NCBI GenBank assembly: GCA_963666735.1
Contig: OY762926.1
Coordinates: 1,248,001-1,312,000 of the forward strand
Direction of reading: 5' to 3'
DNA length: 64,000 bases
Source: Gemmatimonadota bacterium
GTDB taxonomy: Bacteria; Gemmatimonadota; Gemmatimonadetes; Palauibacterales; Palauibacteraceae
Positions 1 to 7,798 of the stretch are shown here, piece by piece. The first letter of the stretch is position 1; each line of letters starts with the position of its first letter. Under the pieces are notes generated by a model that saw only the letters and a list, made by a program, of their open reading frames with translations, searched no databases and was not told where the DNA came from. The position numbers and the translations under genes are program-made.

Positions 1-99
1 GGTGTAGTTTAACAGGAGAGAACACCCGGGGATTCGAAAGAGCTCGCCTCTCTTAGGCAGCCACCCCAGGAGATGTGGGTTCGAGTCCCACCGCCGCAG
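1..99 (+). ncRNA. tRNA-like RNA with a 32-nt insert in place of the anticodon loop (5' end about 3 nt before the window)
   Basis: T8-A9 equivalent at 5-6; D stem GTTT(7-10)/GAAC(20-23) with GG in the loop; stem CCCGGGG(25-31)/CCCCAGG(64-70); T arm GTGGG-TTCGAGT-CCCAC (75-91); GGTG(1-4) pairs with CGCC(92-95); no encoded CCA. Confidence 0.75.
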
Positions 100-174
100 C
101 TTGACACTGGCATGCGGCGAAGGGGGACCGGTGCCAAGTGAAGTCAGGATGGATTCGGAACAAGGGAGTAAGAG

Positions 175-1428
175 ATGTCGAAGCTTACGTTTTCGCGACT
201 CCGTGAAGCGGTTGCCGGCGAAGCGGTCGCGATACGGTCGCGGCTCACGCTGCAGCCTGCTGGTGGCGATGGCGACAAGGTGTTTCCGCCATCGTACGCC
301 GTGGATGGACAGCCAGACCACAGATACGCGGTTGAGGAGCGGCGGATCGGTGACTCCGAGGACGTTTCCGTTACCGTCCTCCTCGACTCGGTGGCTTCGC
401 AGGCCAATCGTGCCGAACTGGCGCTGCTGGAAGGATGGGAGCGTGGCGCACTCTCGTTTCCGGTTCCGTACGTCGATTTCAGCCAAGATGACGGCCTCAC
501 AGACTACGACAGGTTGACGGTGCTGGAGGCCCCCCACCGGTTGGCGGACGCGATCTTCCGCGACAGCCTTCTGGACGGCACGCTATTTCGGTTCTCGGAC
601 GTTGGGCGGGCAATCACCGACGCCACACCGCGCGACGCCACGGAGATGTACCGGTACTCCCCGACGTCTCTCCTCTTCGGGTTGTGGGATTCCACGGGAC
701 CCCGGGGTGGGCTGGGCTCGAAATTCCAACGCCAATACGTCTCGGAAATCGTCGGATTTGACGCGGTGATTGGCAAGAAAGTCGGAAGCCGGATCGATCC
801 GCTGCAGATTAAGAAGGTGGCTACGGATGATCGAGCTTTCAACACTACGGATTCGGGCGAAGTGTGGACTTTTGATGAGGCAAAGGCCGAGAAGGACAAG
901 AAGGGGAAACCCGTTTATGCTTCAAGAAGCGGGGCAAGCGGCCAGGCCGGGCAGCCCTCGAAGATCAATCACGGCAATGTGGCTCCTTCCATCGACGGAC
1001 AAGCGGGAGGCGTAACGATTTCGACGGCGGTTCAGACTACGGTGATCTCGTTGGCGGGGCTGCGTCGCTTGAGGTTCAAGGGCTTCGAACTGTCGGCGGA
1101 GGACGCGGCTCGAACGGCGGTGGCTGCATTGGGCGTCGCTGCGGTCGTTTTCCAGCATGAGGCAGACTTCGATCTCCGCTCTCGATGTCTTCTTCTGCCG
1201 ACCCACGCGCCCCGCATCGAACTCTTGGCGCGTGATGGCTCGGCGGCTGAGCCTATCGAGGTAGATCGGGAGACGGCGGCGAAGCTCTTAGCAGAGAGTG
1301 TCGCGTACGCGGGCGATATGGGGATCCCTTGGACGGTGGACGAGATTCGACTCCAACCGGCACCGAAACTGCTCGAACTGATCAGGCGTAGTCGCAAGGT
1401 TTCCGTCGCTGAATCCATGGAAGCGTAG
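175..1428 (+). CDS. csb1: Type I-G CRISPR backbone protein Cas7 (Csb1/GSU0053 family)
   Basis: Motifs KVFPPSY, LLDSVASQANRAE, EAPHRLADA, PTSLLFGLWDS, NHGNVAP; RBS GGGAG upstream; first gene of the cas operon. Confidence 0.93.
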   Translation: MSKLTFSRLREAVAGEAVAIRSRLTLQPAGGDGDKVFPPSYAVDGQPDHRYAVEERRIGDSEDVSVTVLLDSVASQANRAELALLEGWERGALSFPVPYVDFSQDDGLTDYDRLTVLEAPHRLADAIFRDSLLDGTLFRFSDVGRAITDATPRDATEMYRYSPTSLLFGLWDSTGPRGGLGSKFQRQYVSEIVGFDAVIGKKVGSRIDPLQIKKVATDDRAFNTTDSGEVWTFDEAKAEKDKKGKPVYASRSGASGQAGQPSKINHGNVAPSIDGQAGGVTISTAVQTTVISLAGLRRLRFKGFELSAEDAARTAVAALGVAAVVFQHEADFDLRSRCLLLPTHAPRIELLARDGSAAEPIEVDRETAAKLLAESVAYAGDMGIPWTVDEIRLQPAPKLLELIRRSRKVSVAESMEA

Positions 1429-1430
1429 TC

Positions 1431-3134
1431 GTGCCGGACGCCGAACAGTTCGCAGTCGAAGTCAACTTCCTTACCGGCCGATATGTAGCCACATCGCATA
1501 GTGATCGCCGACTCGGCGAGTGGCCGCCGCACCCGGCCCGCCTCTTCTCCGCCCTCGTGGCGACGTGGGCCGACGAGGACGACCCGGTCGAGCGGCGGGC
1601 GCTTGAATGGCTTGAACGCCAAGCTCCTCCGGCGATTGCCGCATCCGATGCCATTCCGCGTCGGGTGTTGTCGCATTTTGTGTCCGTGAACGACGCCTCG
1701 GTCTTTAGCCGCGCGTTGCGGGAGAAAAAGCCAACCGAACTCTACGAGCTGCGCGACCAGCTCCACACGGAGCTGGTTAGGACGGCGGGTGAGGTGACGA
1801 GGCAGGTCCGCCTGATGCAGAGGAAGCTGGCCGGGAAGAAGGATCTCGGGGACATGCTCGCCCGCGTAGGCAAGACTCCCGTCAATTCTGCAGCGGCGAT
1901 GTTTCCGGGCGGCCGAGGCAAGCAAGAACGAGCGTTCCCGTCCGTTTCTCCAGAGGTTCCCCGAGTAACATACGTCTGGAACGCCCACCCTTCCGATGGC
2001 GTCGCGGATGGGCTCGACCGGTTGCTCGCCCGCGTGACTCGCCTCGGACATTCCTCATCGCTGGTATCGTGCCGGGTCACGAAGGAGCCGCCGAACCCCA
2101 CGCATCTCGTCACGACCAACGGAGCCGGAACGAGCATGCGCACCGTGAGAGTCGGCCAGTTGGCTGCGCTGGAAAGCCTTCATCTTCGACATCAACAGGT
2201 GCGGCCCCGGTCTCTGCCTTACGTGGCGGTCCGCTACCGCAGCGCGGAAGTGACGGAAGAAGAGCCGATTTCAACGCCCAACACGGCTGGAGAATGGGTC
2301 GTCTTCGAGTTCCACCCCGCTTCCCGTGCCTACCCGTCTTCGCGTGCTGTCGAACTGGCGGCGGCGATGCGGCGGGAAATCTTGTCCCGGGTTGAACGTC
2401 CCCCGCCGGAGGGCGTTTGCGGTGTGCACGCCGACGGAACCCCAACGTCGATGCCTCACATGGCGATCATACCGATCCCGCATATCGCTTTCGAACACGC
2501 CGACGGACGGCTCCTCGGAATGGCCGTATCGTTGCCGGACGCAATGGCCGAGACGGCGCAGGATGCGATCTACCGCGCGATCGGTCGGTGGGAGCGGGCG
2601 GCGTCCCGGAGCGCAGAGATCTCCGCGCCGCCGCTGAGTCTGACGTTGGGCCGCGAACAAGAGCTTGGATTGCGCAGGGTCGTCGGGCCCGCAGATCTGA
2701 TCTCGTTGCGGCCCAACGTCTGGCGCAAGCCGTCGCGTCGCTGGGTCTCCGCCACCCCTATCGCCCTGCCGCGGCACCCCGGTTCGCTCTCGCGTGGAAA
2801 CGCTGCGGTCCGCCGGGAAGCGTGGGCGCGAGCGGAAGCAGCCATGAGGCTGGCTTGTACCCATGTCGGCCTTCCCGCGCCCGTAGTGGCAAGAATGTCT
2901 CTCTCGCCGCTGGTAAGGGGGGGGCGGGAGGTCGCGAACTTCCCCGCGTTCCGCCAAGGCGGGCGCGAGGGGAAACCGGTGAGGCGCCAACTCGTGCATG
3001 CCGCGTTGCTATTCGCTGATCCGGTTCGTGGACCGTTAGCGCTCGGCTCCGGCCGGTTCGCGGGGCTAGGTCTGATGCGCCCGCTGTCCGAGCCCCCAAC
3101 CCATCGGTGTGAACAAGACGGGACAGATGCCTAA
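1431..3134 (+). CDS. csb2: Type I-G Csb2 (Cas5-Cas6 fusion)
   Basis: N-terminal EWPPHPARLFSALVA; LGHSSSLV; W.SATPIALPRHP; C-terminal glycine loop GPLALGSGRFAGLGL. Confidence 0.93.
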   Translation: MPDAEQFAVEVNFLTGRYVATSHSDRRLGEWPPHPARLFSALVATWADEDDPVERRALEWLERQAPPAIAASDAIPRRVLSHFVSVNDASVFSRALREKKPTELYELRDQLHTELVRTAGEVTRQVRLMQRKLAGKKDLGDMLARVGKTPVNSAAAMFPGGRGKQERAFPSVSPEVPRVTYVWNAHPSDGVADGLDRLLARVTRLGHSSSLVSCRVTKEPPNPTHLVTTNGAGTSMRTVRVGQLAALESLHLRHQQVRPRSLPYVAVRYRSAEVTEEEPISTPNTAGEWVVFEFHPASRAYPSSRAVELAAAMRREILSRVERPPPEGVCGVHADGTPTSMPHMAIIPIPHIAFEHADGRLLGMAVSLPDAMAETAQDAIYRAIGRWERAASRSAEISAPPLSLTLGREQELGLRRVVGPADLISLRPNVWRKPSRRWVSATPIALPRHPGSLSRGNAAVRREAWARAEAAMRLACTHVGLPAPVVARMSLSPLVRGGREVANFPAFRQGGREGKPVRRQLVHAALLFADPVRGPLALGSGRFAGLGLMRPLSEPPTHRCEQDGTDA

Positions 3135-5946
3135 CATCACGGGCTGCGATTTCCGCTCCTTCTTTCAGGATGTTCACGACTGCGAGCCCTTCCCGTGGCA
3201 GGAACGGCTCGCCAAGCAAGTGCTTGCCCAAGGGTGGCCAGCGGTCATCGACTTGCCGACCGGAACGGGCAAGACGGCGGTCTTGGACATCGCCGTGTTC
3301 GCACTCGCAGCGCACCCGGAGACAGCACCTCGACGCATCGTGTTCGTGATCGACCGGCGTATCGTCGTTGATCAGGTGTATGAGCGCGCCGATCGGATCC
3401 GGGAGCGAATTATGGTCGGCTCAACAGACGTTCTTCGTCGCGTCGGGGAACGGCTTCAAGCCCTGGCTGGTGGCGAGCCGCTGGGCGTGATGGCTCTTCG
3501 CGGCGGCATCCCGATCAGCCGGGAGTGGACGCTGCGGCCGGACCAACCCTGGGTTCTCGTGTCCACCGTGGACCAGTTCGGCTCTCGTTTTCTCTTCCGT
3601 GGCTACGGCGTGAGCTCCAAGATGCGCCCGATTCATGCGGGACTGGCGGGTAACGACTGTCTCGTGATCTTGGACGAAGTGCATCTGAGCGTCCCTTTCG
3701 CACAGACGCTGGAGCAGGCTTCCGTACTCCCGTTCGGCCCCGTCCCGAGGCGGTTTCATATCGTCCGGATGTCCGCCACGCCGGATCAACCCGGCGGCGA
3801 ACCATTCCGGTTGGATCCCGTTGAAGACGTAGAGGGCTGCGTTGAGCTTGGACGGCGAGTTCGCGCGAGGAAGCGTGCACATCTCGAGCATGTCGGAAAG
3901 CGTGAAGCCGTACCCGCCGCTGTGATAAGGCTCGTACGAGCGATCTGCAAGGCTCGGAGTGGCTCTCGTGCAAGTACGGTCGGCGTGGTGGTGAATCGCA
4001 TTGGGACGGCTCGCTCAACGCATGAAGCGCTCGTCAATGCGGGCTACAAGGCGCATCTGCTGACGGGACGCATGCGCCCGCTCGACCGCGTGCAGGCGGT
4101 CAGCGCCATCAAGCCCGCAGTGGACCCCGCCCGTTCGGAGACGGCCGACGAGCTCACGGTCGTGGTGGCCACACAGGCGATCGAGGTCGGTGCGGACTTC
4201 AGCTTCGACGCGCTGATCACCGAGTGCGCTCCCGCTGACAGCCTCCGGCAGCGCTTCGGCCGCCTCGACCGTCGCGGCACGGTTTCCGAAAGCAGTGGTG
4301 AGCCTGCCCAAGCTTGGATTCTGGGGATCAAGCCGGAACTGGAGAGCAAACGCACCGATCCGATCTACGGTGATGCAGTCAAGCACACTTGGGCCGAGCT
4401 CGAGCAGCACGCAAACGGTGGATCGGTAGACGTGGGCGCGAACTCCCTCACCGACTTCCCGGCAGAGGCCTCGGCCCCGCGACCCACGGCGCCGTTGCTG
4501 CTCAAGACGTACATGGATGCGTGGGTGCAGACCAATCCCCAGCCGATCATTCAACCGCCGGTAGACTGGTTCCTACACGGGATCGATGACCGGGATCGAG
4601 CCCCCGATGTCGCGATCGTTTGGCGTCACGACCGTACTCCCGATGCGCTGAGGCTGGTCCCTCCCCGGCAGGCCGAGTCTCTTCCAGTACCGATTCACGC
4701 GGCGAAGTCTTGGTTGCGTGGTGGCGACGAGATCGACTTCGCCGATGTGGCTGGGTTCGCCGACGCTGGCCCAGCCGATGACCCCCGAGTGACGGATTGC
4801 GTTCGGTGGCGTGGGATCGGCGAAGGACCAGAGACCGTCACCACGACTCAGGATATTCATCCTGGCGATATTCTGGTCGTGGACCCCGCGCGGGGTGGTC
4901 TGCGAGCCGGCACGTGGGATCCGTCCTCGACGGAGATCATCCCCGACCTCGGAGATGAAGCTCAACTGGCGCACCGGCGCAAAGTGACGTTGCGGCTTGA
5001 CCCGAGGCTGCCCACAACCTTCTTCTCTTCAGATCCTCCCGCACCTAAGGACGAGCTGGAGGAGCACGCTCGCTCGGTGCGTGAGCGCATTCAGGAGTGG
5101 ATTGACGAGCAGAACATCGATGAGGAGCGGCTCCCTGCCTGGCTCAGTAAAGCGCTGGAGATCCTTGGTGCCGGCCCGAAGAACACGGGGAGGACTGGCC
5201 ACGCCTTCGAGCACCACCTCGTCCAACCGAACGAGGATGACGGAAGCGGAGGGTACTATGTCTTGACCCAACGTGATCCGGTTGCGGGCCGACCGACCAT
5301 AGATCCCTCCGTAATGGACGGTTCCGATGACGCCGCGTCCATGACCGGGAGCGCCGTGACGCTTCGCCAGCATCTCAACGGGGTCGCGGAGCGAGCCAAG
5401 GATTTCGCCGAGCGCCTCGGAGTAGGAGCGGAGCTTGTGAACGACCTACACTTGGCCGGGCGGCTCCACGACCTCGGGAAAGTAGACCGGCGCTTTCAAG
5501 AGCAGTTGGTCGGGGGAGACCGCGTGCAGTTGGAGATGCTTGGCGAACCGCTCGCGAAGTCTCCGGCCGGTGTGCGCCGCGTCCGGCGATATCCGGCTGG
5601 GATGCGCCACGAGCTCGCCAGCGTTGCACTAATTGAATCCAATAGCGACATCCTCGCTTCGGCGCATGATCCCGAGCTGGTTTTGCACCTCGTTGCGACC
5701 CACCACGGCCGGGCTCGTCCGCTGCCACCAATTATCGAGGATCCCAACCCTCGGACCTTGGTCCTAAGGGCTGAGGGGCTCTTGCTCGAAGCAAACTCCG
5801 ACCTTTCCGGCAGTTCGATGGCACCGGACATGGCGGACAGATTCTGGCGTCTTGTGGAGCGCTACGGCTATCACGGACTCGCGTGGATTGAAACGATCCT
5901 GCGGCTCGCCGATCAAGGGCAAAGCGCCGAGGAGAAACGAACATGA
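3127..5946 (+). CDS. cas3: Type I-G Cas3 helicase with C-terminal HD nuclease
   Basis: PFPWQ, Walker A PTGTGKT, DEVH, SAT, QRFGRLDR; C-terminal LHDLGK, RHE, ATHHG, LAD; ATG at 3127 overlaps the csb2 end. Confidence 0.95.
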   Translation: MPNITGCDFRSFFQDVHDCEPFPWQERLAKQVLAQGWPAVIDLPTGTGKTAVLDIAVFALAAHPETAPRRIVFVIDRRIVVDQVYERADRIRERIMVGSTDVLRRVGERLQALAGGEPLGVMALRGGIPISREWTLRPDQPWVLVSTVDQFGSRFLFRGYGVSSKMRPIHAGLAGNDCLVILDEVHLSVPFAQTLEQASVLPFGPVPRRFHIVRMSATPDQPGGEPFRLDPVEDVEGCVELGRRVRARKRAHLEHVGKREAVPAAVIRLVRAICKARSGSRASTVGVVVNRIGTARSTHEALVNAGYKAHLLTGRMRPLDRVQAVSAIKPAVDPARSETADELTVVVATQAIEVGADFSFDALITECAPADSLRQRFGRLDRRGTVSESSGEPAQAWILGIKPELESKRTDPIYGDAVKHTWAELEQHANGGSVDVGANSLTDFPAEASAPRPTAPLLLKTYMDAWVQTNPQPIIQPPVDWFLHGIDDRDRAPDVAIVWRHDRTPDALRLVPPRQAESLPVPIHAAKSWLRGGDEIDFADVAGFADAGPADDPRVTDCVRWRGIGEGPETVTTTQDIHPGDILVVDPARGGLRAGTWDPSSTEIIPDLGDEAQLAHRRKVTLRLDPRLPTTFFSSDPPAPKDELEEHARSVRERIQEWIDEQNIDEERLPAWLSKALEILGAGPKNTGRTGHAFEHHLVQPNEDDGSGGYYVLTQRDPVAGRPTIDPSVMDGSDDAASMTGSAVTLRQHLNGVAERAKDFAERLGVGAELVNDLHLAGRLHDLGKVDRRFQEQLVGGDRVQLEMLGEPLAKSPAGVRRVRRYPAGMRHELASVALIESNSDILASAHDPELVLHLVATHHGRARPLPPIIEDPNPRTLVLRAEGLLLEANSDLSGSSMAPDMADRFWRLVERYGYHGLAWIETILRLADQGQSAEEKRT

Positions 5947-6872
5947 CCGGAACCCGGCTCGCCGGACTGGAGGGCACAAATCCGCTGGGATTCCTAGGGG
6001 CCCTCGGGGTTCAGGTTGCCTTCGCCTCCACTCGGCCCCGGCCGCGCTTGTGGTGGAGCGACGACATCCCGCCGCGAGCCGTGGTCGACAACGAGTTCCC
6101 CATCGACCGCATCGTGGATCAAGCCATCCCCGTCTTCAGAGAGTGGAGCAAGAGCGCCGCGCTCAATCCATCCGGCCCGGGCGGGCTGCCGCTTGCCAAA
6201 GGAGACGACTTGAAACTCGCTCGTGGCGATATTCGGGTATATTTGGAGAGCGTTCAGGAGAACGATCCTGCCGCGTCGCTGAGTGCGTCGCTCGTCGCCG
6301 AGGGAAGCGTGGACAACAATGGTTCGGCGAAGCCAACCGATCTGTATTTTACAGCCGGAAAACAGAAGTTTGTCGCCATGGCTCGCCAAGTGCTCCGCGA
6401 GGTCACGCCCGACGAGGTAAGTGCCGGGCTCACTGGCCCGTGGACCTATGCGAGCAAACTCCCATCTTTCATGTGGGATGTGATCGATGATCGGGTCTAC
6501 GCCTTGACAGCGATCAAGCCATCCGACGACAAGAAGCTCTCTAACCCTGGAGTGGAAGCATTGGCGATCCTTGGACTCTGCCTGCACCCTGTCTTCGGCA
6601 CTCGTGGCCGCACGCTGACCCGTGGTTGTTCGGGAACGTGGAAGAAGGGCCACTACTCGTGGCCGCTATGGTGCAAGCCTGCGTCACTGGACGTCGTCAA
6701 GTCGCTGTTGGCTCACGTCCACGGGTCAGCGGTTGATGACAGGCGGAAGTGGTTTCGGTCGTGGGGCGTTTCGACCGTATTGCAAACTTCGATACGGCGG
6801 TCCAGACAGGGAGGCTACGGCACGTTCGCGCCCGCAGAGACCCTCTGGCAAGACAGTCGAGCACCGCAATGA
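5943..6872 (+). CDS. csb3: Type I-G short large subunit (Csb3/Cas8g2-like)
   Basis: N-terminal L.GLEGTNPLGFLGALG; TAGKQKF; NPGVEALAILGL; SWPLW; GGYGTF; ATGA-coupled to cas3 in csb1-csb2-cas3-csb3 order. Confidence 0.8.
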   Translation: MTGTRLAGLEGTNPLGFLGALGVQVAFASTRPRPRLWWSDDIPPRAVVDNEFPIDRIVDQAIPVFREWSKSAALNPSGPGGLPLAKGDDLKLARGDIRVYLESVQENDPAASLSASLVAEGSVDNNGSAKPTDLYFTAGKQKFVAMARQVLREVTPDEVSAGLTGPWTYASKLPSFMWDVIDDRVYALTAIKPSDDKKLSNPGVEALAILGLCLHPVFGTRGRTLTRGCSGTWKKGHYSWPLWCKPASLDVVKSLLAHVHGSAVDDRRKWFRSWGVSTVLQTSIRRSRQGGYGTFAPAETLWQDSRAPQ

Positions 6873-7684
6873 CCGGCTCCGTGCCCCACACGGTCTTTGA
6901 GCCGACTCTCACGGTGCTTTTCCTCCGAGGCGAACCCGTATCGTTGTGTAAGACGCTCAAGGTGACGGAAGCGCTTCGAGGACTCTTGCTGCGGGCATGC
7001 CCTGAGCAACCGCCACCGGAGTGGTTCAGCGGCCACACTCCAGACGGGAAGCCCACGAAGGGGCCGCACTTGGGATTGACACCGTTGCCCCTCGTGGATT
7101 CCGAATGCGCGGATGGAAGAATCGTGGGACTTGCGCTGATTCTGCCACGTGATCTCGATCGAGAAGACGCTCGCAACTGTCTCGAACCGATTCTCCGCGA
7201 TCCAGACACGGGGTTACCGCGGAAGCACCGGTTGTTTTCCGGTCGGCATCTCGATTGCGAGATTGCACTAGACACACGGAAGCAGCGGTCGCGGAACCTC
7301 AGGCCCACCACTTGGTCCGGCGGCGAACACGGTTCGCGCGTCTGGGCTAGCGTGACCCCTATCGTCTTGAACCATCACTACAATGGTACGGACCGCTGGA
7401 GGCGAGCTGCGGAAAGCGTTAAGACCGCCTGCATGCACATCGGACTTCCGTGTCCTCGAACAGTACGGCTGCATCCGACCGCAGTCGTGCCTGGGGTACC
7501 GCCAGCCAACAAGTTCGCACAGGTGACTCGCAAGACGGACGGGGGCCGTTGCTGGCACAGCCACGCTCTCCTGACCTTCGACCAACGAGTACGCGGGCCG
7601 GTCATGCTGGGAGCGGGTCGATTCCGGGGCTATGGCCTGTGCCGTCCTATGGACGTGAACGCATGTCCGACGAGCGATGGTTGA
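6869..7684 (+). CDS. Stand-alone Csb2 C-terminal (Cas6-like RAMP) protein, 271 aa
   Basis: ATGA overlap with the csb3 stop; SGHTPDG.P...PHL, ADGRIVGLAL, WASVTPIVL, IGLPCP, HALLTFDQRVRGPVMLGAGRFRGYGL parallel the C-terminal half of csb2; no EWPP N-terminal domain. Confidence 0.85.
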   Translation: MTGSVPHTVFEPTLTVLFLRGEPVSLCKTLKVTEALRGLLLRACPEQPPPEWFSGHTPDGKPTKGPHLGLTPLPLVDSECADGRIVGLALILPRDLDREDARNCLEPILRDPDTGLPRKHRLFSGRHLDCEIALDTRKQRSRNLRPTTWSGGEHGSRVWASVTPIVLNHHYNGTDRWRRAAESVKTACMHIGLPCPRTVRLHPTAVVPGVPPANKFAQVTRKTDGGRCWHSHALLTFDQRVRGPVMLGAGRFRGYGLCRPMDVNACPTSDG

Positions 7685-7798
7685 GTACGGCCTGTTTCGT
7701 CGCGGGTGAGCTTTGCGATTGCCCGCATGAGTCCTCACTGCGCCGTTTTACACTCTGCTCGCACTGACTAGTAGTCGGGCACGAATACATCGTGGACG

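Noticed and set aside
1..99. tmRNA, tRNA-Sec or YrlA identity for the tRNA-like element
   Set aside because: It has a D stem and is too short for tmRNA; no TCA anticodon or long variable arm; arm order is standard rather than permuted as in YrlA
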